Assembly (NCBI GenBank): GCA_015064485.1
Contig: SVSD01000005.1
Location: 42,255 to 106,254 of the forward strand
DNA length: 64,000 nt
Direction of reading: 5' to 3'
Source of the DNA: Oscillospiraceae bacterium
Lineage (GTDB): Bacteria > Bacillota > Clostridia > Oscillospirales > CAG-382
A program made the translations under genes and the position numbers. The notes beneath the pieces were generated by a model. It saw nothing but the letters and a program-made list of their open reading frames with translations. It searched no databases and was not told the origin of the DNA. Shown piece by piece: positions 58,615 to 64,000 of this stretch (positions are counted from its first letter, which is position 1; every line of letters begins with the position of its first letter).

Positions 58615-59510
58615 GTGTTTTTTGCATTTTTATTAAATCTTTTATTTACCTCCGAAAAAGTTATTTCGTCAACAATAGCTTCGTGTGTTCCGCATACTGT
58701 TATCAGATCGTTTTTTGAGTTTTTATATCTCTTTTCAGTCTTATAATTTATCTTTTTTTCAAATCCTTGGGTAATATCTCCTTTGTATGTAGGATTAGTA
58801 AGAATTCTTTTTATCATCACACTGTTCCAGGCATTGCTTTTTCTTCGATTATCCCTTTTCAAAGACGAAGGCGTAGCAATACCTTCTGCCGTAAGCTCTT
58901 TTGCAATCAACAGCATACTTTTTCCTTCAAGAAATCCTCTATAAATTCTTAAGACCGTATCTTTTGTATTTTTATCGGGAACAAGCTTTGATGGGTCCTT
59001 TTCATCTTTTGTGTAACCGTACGGCGCTGAACTTCCTATAAACTTTCCCGCTCTGCGCCTTGAATCAAGTGCACATCGAACCTTTCTGCTTATATCTTTT
59101 GCATACATATCATTGAAAACAGCTCTGAAAGGTATCATATCGTTTCCGCCGGATTCTGACATAGTATCAACGCCGTCATTGACAGCTATATACCGTATGC
59201 CGTTTTCGGGGAAAAACCTTTCTATATACTCCCCTGTTTCGATATAATCTCTGCCAAGGCGGGACATATCTTTTGTTATTATACATAAAAACTTCTTTGA
59301 AAGAGCATCATTAATCATTTTTTCAAATGACGGACGCCTGAAATTTGTGCCGCTGTAACCGTCGTCAACATATTCTGCAATTATTGTAAAATTGTTTTTG
59401 TTACAATAGTTTTCAAGGAACATTCTTTGAGAAGCGATGCTGTCAGACTCCCCTTTTACTCCGTCATCTTTTGAAAGCCTTAGATATATCGCACAAGCCT
59501 CGTTTTCCAT
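58611..59510 (-). CDS. Serine site-specific recombinase (resolvase catalytic domain + recombinase domain), SpoIVCA-like but short
   Basis: IYLRLS catalytic Ser, YVDDGYSGTNF.RP, KDMSRLGRD, APYGY, ILTNPTYKG, HEAIV; ends at 299 aa with no Cys zinc ribbon. Confidence 0.93.
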   Translation of the reverse strand: MENEACAIYLRLSKDDGVKGESDSIASQRMFLENYCNKNNFTIIAEYVDDGYSGTNFRRPSFEKMINDALSKKFLCIITKDMSRLGRDYIETGEYIERFFPENGIRYIAVNDGVDTMSESGGNDMIPFRAVFNDMYAKDISRKVRCALDSRRRAGKFIGSSAPYGYTKDEKDPSKLVPDKNTKDTVLRIYRGFLEGKSMLLIAKELTAEGIATPSSLKRDNRRKSNAWNSVMIKRILTNPTYKGDITQGFEKKINYKTEKRYKNSKNDLITVCGTHEAIVDEITFSEVNKRFNKNAKNT

Positions 59511-59569
59511 ACAAAAAACCTCACGAACACACTGTAAAACAGTATATTCGCAAGGTCTTAATTATTTTA

Positions 59570-59995
59570 CTATTTGTTGTTTTTATTTTCTTTTTTATCT
59601 TTTCGCTTTGCTTTTATTATTTTTATATCAGATTTTGCTTTTTGATAGAGATCTCTTAATATTCCGAGAGTTTTTTCGTCATTCGGAAACAGGAATTTCA
59701 AAAGCCCGAGTGCGATTGCAACAGTCACTATTTTTTCCGGCGAAAACGGGAACCATAAGATCGTAAGATATGCGCCTGATACCGCAACCATCCACTCAAT
59801 GCCAAAATATACGCCGAACGCCATAAAAACATATGCCCAGCCGTTTGTTATAAGCCAGCCTATCCCAAAGCACAGCAAAAACCTCGGATTAAAAATAAGA
59901 AAAAACAGCTTTATGATGAAGTTTTTTATAAATACTGCAGCTTTTGAATGAGATAGCTTCAAAAAAAACTCTTTGATACTTCTTTTGTCTTTCAA
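59570..59995 (-). CDS. Hypothetical membrane protein
   Basis: 141 aa, 2-3 TM segments, Lys-rich tail; has its own sigmaA-like promoter. Confidence 0.75.
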   Translation of the reverse strand: MKDKRSIKEFFLKLSHSKAAVFIKNFIIKLFFLIFNPRFLLCFGIGWLITNGWAYVFMAFGVYFGIEWMVAVSGAYLTILWFPFSPEKIVTVAIALGLLKFLFPNDEKTLGILRDLYQKAKSDIKIIKAKRKDKKENKNNK

Positions 59996-60039
59996 TAATA
60001 TGTCTTCCTTTTAGAAATTACGGCAAAGCCGACGGAAAT

Positions 60040-60068
60040 ATTATACTTTAAAATGCGCAAAATTTCAA
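60040..60068 (-). promoter_or_regulatory. sigmaA-like promoter of the membrane-protein gene
   Basis: TTGAAA-17 bp-TATAAT. Confidence 0.6.
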
Positions 60069-60076
60069 TAGAAAAC

Positions 60077-60111
60077 AAAAAAGTCCTCCCCTTTTCGTAA
60101 ATAAGGGGAGG
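60077..60111 (-). terminator. serS terminator
   Basis: cctcccctt...aaggggagg hairpin with a T-run on the minus strand. Confidence 0.75.
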
Positions 60112-60117
60112 GAAATT

Positions 60118-61404
60118 TTATTTCTTGGGAACTATCTTTTCAGCGCCGCCCATATAAGGACGAAGAGCGACAGGAATATTTACACTTCCGTCAGCATTAA
60201 GATTGTTTTCAAGGAAGGCTATAAGCATTCTGGGAGGAGCGACAACTGTGTTGTTAAGGGTATGAGCAAGATATTTGGAATCTTTTCCGTTTACTCTTAT
60301 CTTAAGTCTTCTTGCCTGTGCATCGCCAAGGTTAGAACAGCTGCCTACTTCAAAATATTTCTGCTGTCTGGGAGACCACGCCTCAACATCAACAGATTTT
60401 ACCTTAAGATCTGCAAGGTCACCCGAGCAACATTCAAGAGTTCTTACCGGAATATCCATCGAACGGAAAAGATCAACGGTATTCTGCCAGAGCTTGTCAA
60501 ACCACATCGGGCTTTCTTCGGGCTTACATACAACGATCATTTCCTGTTTTTCAAACTGATGGATGCGGTATACACCTCGCTCTTCGATACCGTGAGCGCC
60601 CTTTTCCTTGCGGAAACAGGGAGAATAGCTTGTAAGAGTCTGAGGAAGCTGTTCTTCGGGGATTATCTGGTCGATAAACTTACCGATCATAGAGTGTTCG
60701 GAAGTACCTATAAGATAAAGATCCTCTCCTTCGATCTTATACATCATAGCTTCCATTTCCGCAAAGCTCATAACTCCGGTTACAACATCTGAACGGATCA
60801 TAAAAGGAGGTACACAATATGTGAATCCGCGGTCGATCATAAAATCACGAGCATAAGAAATTACCGCAGAATGAAGACGGGCAATATCACCCATAAGATA
60901 ATAAAAGCCGTTGCCTGCAACTCTTCTTGCGCTGTCAAGGTCGATACCGTTAAAGCTTTCCATAATATCTGTGTGATAAGGAATCTCGTAATCGGGAGTT
61001 ACGGGTTCACCGTATCTCTGAACTTCAACATTTTCGCTGTCATCTTTACCGATGGGAACTGTAGGGTCGATGATCTGAGGAATTATCATCATAATCTTTT
61101 TGATTTTTTCCTCGTATTCGGCTTCAAGAGCTTCGCACTCAGCAAGTCTTGCTGCCTGCTGACCGACAATTTTTTTCATTTCTTCAGCTTCGTCTTTTTT
61201 GCCCTGTCCCATAAGAGCACCGATCATCTTGGAGCACTTGTTTCGTTCAGCTCTGAGTCCGTCAGCTTCAAGCTTTACGGCTCTTGAGTTTTTATCGAGC
61301 TCTATTACCTCGTCAACAAGTTCCAGCTTATGATCCTGAAACTTGTTTTTGATATTTTGCTTTACCACATCAGGGTTTTCACGCAAAAACTTAATATCAA
61401 TCAT
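60118..61404 (-). CDS. serS: Seryl-tRNA synthetase
   Basis: MIDIKFLREN N-terminal coiled coil, LIGTSEH, CFRKEKG..RIHQFEKQE, EVGSCSN, HTLNNT..PPR; full length, 428 aa. Confidence 0.97.
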   Translation of the reverse strand: MIDIKFLRENPDVVKQNIKNKFQDHKLELVDEVIELDKNSRAVKLEADGLRAERNKCSKMIGALMGQGKKDEAEEMKKIVGQQAARLAECEALEAEYEEKIKKIMMIIPQIIDPTVPIGKDDSENVEVQRYGEPVTPDYEIPYHTDIMESFNGIDLDSARRVAGNGFYYLMGDIARLHSAVISYARDFMIDRGFTYCVPPFMIRSDVVTGVMSFAEMEAMMYKIEGEDLYLIGTSEHSMIGKFIDQIIPEEQLPQTLTSYSPCFRKEKGAHGIEERGVYRIHQFEKQEMIVVCKPEESPMWFDKLWQNTVDLFRSMDIPVRTLECCSGDLADLKVKSVDVEAWSPRQQKYFEVGSCSNLGDAQARRLKIRVNGKDSKYLAHTLNNTVVAPPRMLIAFLENNLNADGSVNIPVALRPYMGGAEKIVPKK

Positions 61405-61433
61405 TTTTTCTTCCTCCGAAAATAGTTTTTATA

Positions 61434-61648
61434 AAAAAAGAGTTCTTCCCCACAAATATGGGACGAAGAACTCCGTGTTGCCACCCAAATTGCCGTATAT
61501 ACGGCCACTCAAAAAAGCTGTAAGGGGCTTATCCCCAAGACTCATCGTCTTATGCTCCGAAAGCGGAAAAGCAAAAAACCGACAGCCGATCACACCTTCC
61601 TCGGCCTCTCTTTCGAACAGTCAATTGCCGTTTCTTTCATCATAGCTT
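61434..61648 (-). ncRNA. T-box leader of serS, predicted Ser (UCC) specifier
   Basis: AGAGAG/GGTGTGA motifs; TCC at 61565-61567; AATTTGGGTGGCAACACGG (61473-61491), whose UGGC matches the GCCA end of tRNA-Ser; terminator present. Confidence 0.88.
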
Positions 61649-61652
61649 TAAT

Positions 61653-61681
61653 ATTATACACCAAAAAACCACAAAATGCAA
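61653..61681 (-). promoter_or_regulatory. sigmaA promoter of serS
   Basis: TTGCAT-17 bp-TATAAT, lying just inside the right recombination site. Confidence 0.75.
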
Positions 61682-61697
61682 GATAAATTTTCAACAA

Positions 61698-61722
61698 TTT
61701 AAAACCCGGCGGGGTGGATTTT
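61698..61722 (+). repeat. Right recombination site (attR-like)
   Basis: tttaaaaccc-ggcGGggt-ggatttt; dyad centred on GG 61711-61712. Confidence 0.85.
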
Positions 61723-61857
61723 GAGTGTGCAGAAAAAATAGGACTGAAAACTGTTATAGCCTCAGGACTTCCGGGAAAATATACACCGGTAACTGCAGGA
61801 GAAATAGTTTACAGGTGCATATGTGATGCTCTTGAAGAAAGGGGTTTTGAAATATGA
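61711..61857 (+). CDS. spoVFA: Dipicolinate synthase subunit A, 3' fragment (48 codons, no start of its own)
   Basis: GVDFECAEKIGLKTVIASGLPGKYTPVTAGEIVYRCICDALEERGFEI*, matching the conserved SpoVFA C-terminus; the stop overlaps the spoVFB start (ATGA). Confidence 0.9.
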   Translation, partial: GVDFECAEKIGLKTVIASGLPGKYTPVTAGEIVYRCICDALEERGFEI

Positions 61858-62414
61858 TAGGTTTTTGCCTCACAGGCTCGTTTTGCTCATTTGAGAAAAG
61901 TATAAATGTTATGAAAAATCTTTCTCAAAAGTATGAAATCTTACCGATCATGTCGCAGAATGCATATAATTTGGATACAAAATTCGGAAAAGCAGAAGAT
62001 TTCAGAAGCAAAATAAAGGAAATATGTAATAAAGATATAATCCATACCATAACAGAGGCAGAACCGATAGGACCAGCCGTAAAACTCGACTGTCTTGTAG
62101 TCTGTCCGTGTACGGGAAATACATTATCAAAAATAGCCTGCGGCATTACAGATACAAGCGCCACAATGGCAATAAAAGCACAGCTCAGAAACGAAAGACC
62201 GGTGCTTCTTGCAATTGCATCAAACGACGGACTTTCCGGTTCTTCGGTTTCTGTGTCAAAGCTTTTGCAAAGGGAAAATATTTACTTTGTCCCCTTCTCG
62301 CAGGACTCCCCTTTTAAAAAGCCCCGTTCTGTTGTATGCGATTTTGATAAAACCGGAGAAGCTCTGTCCCTTGCCCTTGAAGGCAAACAAATTCAGCCTA
62401 TACTTTACAGTTGA
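61854..62414 (+). CDS. spoVFB: Dipicolinate synthase subunit B
   Basis: GFCLTGSFC, AEPIGP, PCTGNTLSK, NDGL, YFVPFSQD..KKPRS, QIQP. Confidence 0.95.
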   Translation: MIGFCLTGSFCSFEKSINVMKNLSQKYEILPIMSQNAYNLDTKFGKAEDFRSKIKEICNKDIIHTITEAEPIGPAVKLDCLVVCPCTGNTLSKIACGITDTSATMAIKAQLRNERPVLLAIASNDGLSGSSVSVSKLLQRENIYFVPFSQDSPFKKPRSVVCDFDKTGEALSLALEGKQIQPILYS

Positions 62415-62445
62415 AAAAACATTTAAATTTATTAAAAAATCAGAT

Positions 62446-62480
62446 AAAAAGCGGAGAAGCCGTATGCTTCTCCGTTTTAT
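62446..62480 (+). terminator. spoVFB terminator
   Basis: cggagaagc-cgtat-gcttctccg-tttt. Confidence 0.8.
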
Positions 62481-62618
62481 TTGATAAAATAATATCATAA
62501 TTTACAAAATGTTAATAGTTGGATATGAAAAACTCTTGCATTTTTTTATAAAAAGTATTAAAATATATATTCGAACAATTATTGTGAAATAATATTATAT
62601 TTTCCAAGAGGTATAGAT

Positions 62619-63689
62619 ATGGCAGACAAAAAATTTAGAAGAATAGGTGTGTTGACATCCGGCGGCGATGCTCCCGGTATGAACGCTGCTGTAAGAAGCG
62701 TAGTAAGAACCGCCGCACAGAACGGTCTTGAAATTATGGGCGTTTTCGGCGGTTACAGAGGCCTTGTTGACAACGATATGAAGCTCCTCGGCTCAAGAGA
62801 TGTTTCCAATATAATAAGTATGGGCGGTACTATGCTCTTTACAGACCGCTGCGATGAATTCAAAGAAGAAGCCGGACTTCAGAAAGCAATGAAAACTTGT
62901 CAGGAAAATAAAATCGACGGACTTGTATGCATCGGCGGCGACGGAACTTTCAGAGGAGCCCAGGATCTTACAAGAAGAGGTATCCCCTGCATCGCTATCC
63001 CCGGTACTATTGACAACGATATTTCAGCAACAGATTATACTATCGGTTATGATACAGCTATGAATACAGTAGTTGATCTCGTTGACAAGCTCCGCGACAC
63101 CTGCGAATCACACGCAAGATGTAATGTTGTTGAAGTTATGGGCAGAAATGCCGGTTACATTGCTATAAACACAGGTATTGCTACCGGTGCTGTCGGCATT
63201 GCTATCGAAGAATTCCCCTTTGATGCTGACGGAATGATCGAAAAGATGAAGGAACTCAAGAAGGCTAAAAAGAGAAACTTTATCGTAATCGTATCCGAAG
63301 CATTCGGCGCTGAATTTTCCGAAAATCTTGCAAAGAGAATCGACGAAGAAACAGGTATTGAAACTAAATTTGCCCGCCTTGCTCATGTTCAGAGAGGCGG
63401 AAGACCTACTCTTCGCGACAGAGAACTCGCAAGTCTTATGGGCTATAAAGCTGTTGAACTTCTTCTCGAAGGTAAATCAAATCTTATAGTTAATATACGC
63501 AACGAAGTTATCGGATGCGAAGATATTGAATATGCTCTTTGCTATGACAAGCTTTGCAAGGGCAAAATCAAGGTTGAAGATATCAAAGGCTTTACAGACG
63601 AACAGATCGCAAAAATGGTTGCGGATGCCGAAATCAGACGACAGAGAATGCTATCGTCTTATGAAATTGCGTCTAAAATTTCAATATAA
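62619..63689 (+). CDS. pfkA: 6-phosphofructokinase
   Basis: LTSGGDAPGMNAA, IGGDGTF, PGTIDND, EVMGR, HVQRGG. Confidence 0.96.
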   Translation: MADKKFRRIGVLTSGGDAPGMNAAVRSVVRTAAQNGLEIMGVFGGYRGLVDNDMKLLGSRDVSNIISMGGTMLFTDRCDEFKEEAGLQKAMKTCQENKIDGLVCIGGDGTFRGAQDLTRRGIPCIAIPGTIDNDISATDYTIGYDTAMNTVVDLVDKLRDTCESHARCNVVEVMGRNAGYIAINTGIATGAVGIAIEEFPFDADGMIEKMKELKKAKKRNFIVIVSEAFGAEFSENLAKRIDEETGIETKFARLAHVQRGGRPTLRDRELASLMGYKAVELLLEGKSNLIVNIRNEVIGCEDIEYALCYDKLCKGKIKVEDIKGFTDEQIAKMVADAEIRRQRMLSSYEIASKISI

Positions 63690-63695
63690 CCAGGT

Positions 63696-63735
63696 AGAAG
63701 TGCAGCATCTCTGATGTTGCACTTCTGATTTTTTT
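63696..63735 (+). terminator. pfkA terminator
   Basis: agaagtgcagcatc-tct-gatgttgcacttct followed by a T-run. Confidence 0.8.
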
Positions 63736-63945
63736 ACATTTATAAAAACATTTCAATGAAATTTCGGCATAATACAGATAGATTTTGAGTAAAAATACAT
63801 ATAAGATACTTATTTATGCCCCCAAATAGTCATAATTTGGTAAAAAAATGTAAACTTATTATCAAAATCTATTGCTTTTTTGCTAAAAAAGTGGTACAAT
63901 TGATATATCATATTTGTATAATATATCGAAAAGTGGTGAAAAAAA

Positions 63946-64000
63946 GTGAATATTATCGAAAACAATGAGATGGCAGCATATTTTTTCCACCAAGGAACAA
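63946..64000 (+). CDS. Start of a CDS, possibly glycogen branching enzyme GlgB (runs off window)
   Basis: GTG...NNEMAAYFFHQGT resembles the YLFHQGT N-terminal motif of clostridial GlgB; only 18 codons are visible. Confidence 0.45.
   Translation, partial: MNIIENNEMAAYFFHQGT

Larger units (their letters stand above)
56462..61709. mobile_element. 5,248-bp spoVFA-intervening element with serine recombinase, serS, Na+/solute symporter and membrane protein
   Basis: Separates two in-frame halves of spoVFA; CGGGG core at 56462-56466 and 61710-61714; all internal genes are on the strand opposite to spoVFAB. Confidence 0.9.

Noticed and set aside
56453-61722. Invertible switch or prophage interpretation of the element
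   Set aside because: The sites are in direct orientation with a non-palindromic GG core, and there are no phage structural or replication genes
1-64000. CRISPR array, rRNA, IS transposase
   Set aside because: No regularly spaced repeats, rRNA-like sequence or transposase motifs seen by eye

Overview
AT-rich chromosomal window from a spore-forming Clostridia-class bacterium (probably a gut/rumen lineage). From left to right: a cell-wall polysaccharide locus (O-antigen ligase-like, two DUF4330-like proteins, GT4, MurJ); addAB, spoIIR, ispE; a PHP phosphatase-VanZ-HPr kinase-like-PqqD/RRE-S26 peptidase cassette; a T-box-controlled XRE-cupin/acyl-CoA synthetase fusion; two tRNA-Ser genes; proBAC; capD; a CotH-like protein; tRNA-Pro followed by an accessory islet; Ktr K+ uptake genes; three related secreted proteins; aroK, a CDF transporter, trmL, pfkA and probably the start of glgB. 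The main discovery is that the dipicolinate synthase A gene (spoVFA/dpaA) is split in two (55734-56462 and 61711-61857) by a 5,248-bp element. The element is bounded by recombination-site-like repeats and encodes a compact serine recombinase. Crossover at the shared CGGGG core would rebuild a 291-aa SpoVFA coupled to spoVFB and release a circle whose junction is a perfect 11-bp inverted repeat. The cargo is not phage-like: it is T-box-regulated seryl-tRNA synthetase (serS), a Tyr T-box-regulated Na+/solute symporter and a small membrane protein. This suggests a domesticated, developmentally excised element held in place by an essential gene. All family assignments come from motif recognition by eye; no database searches were run.
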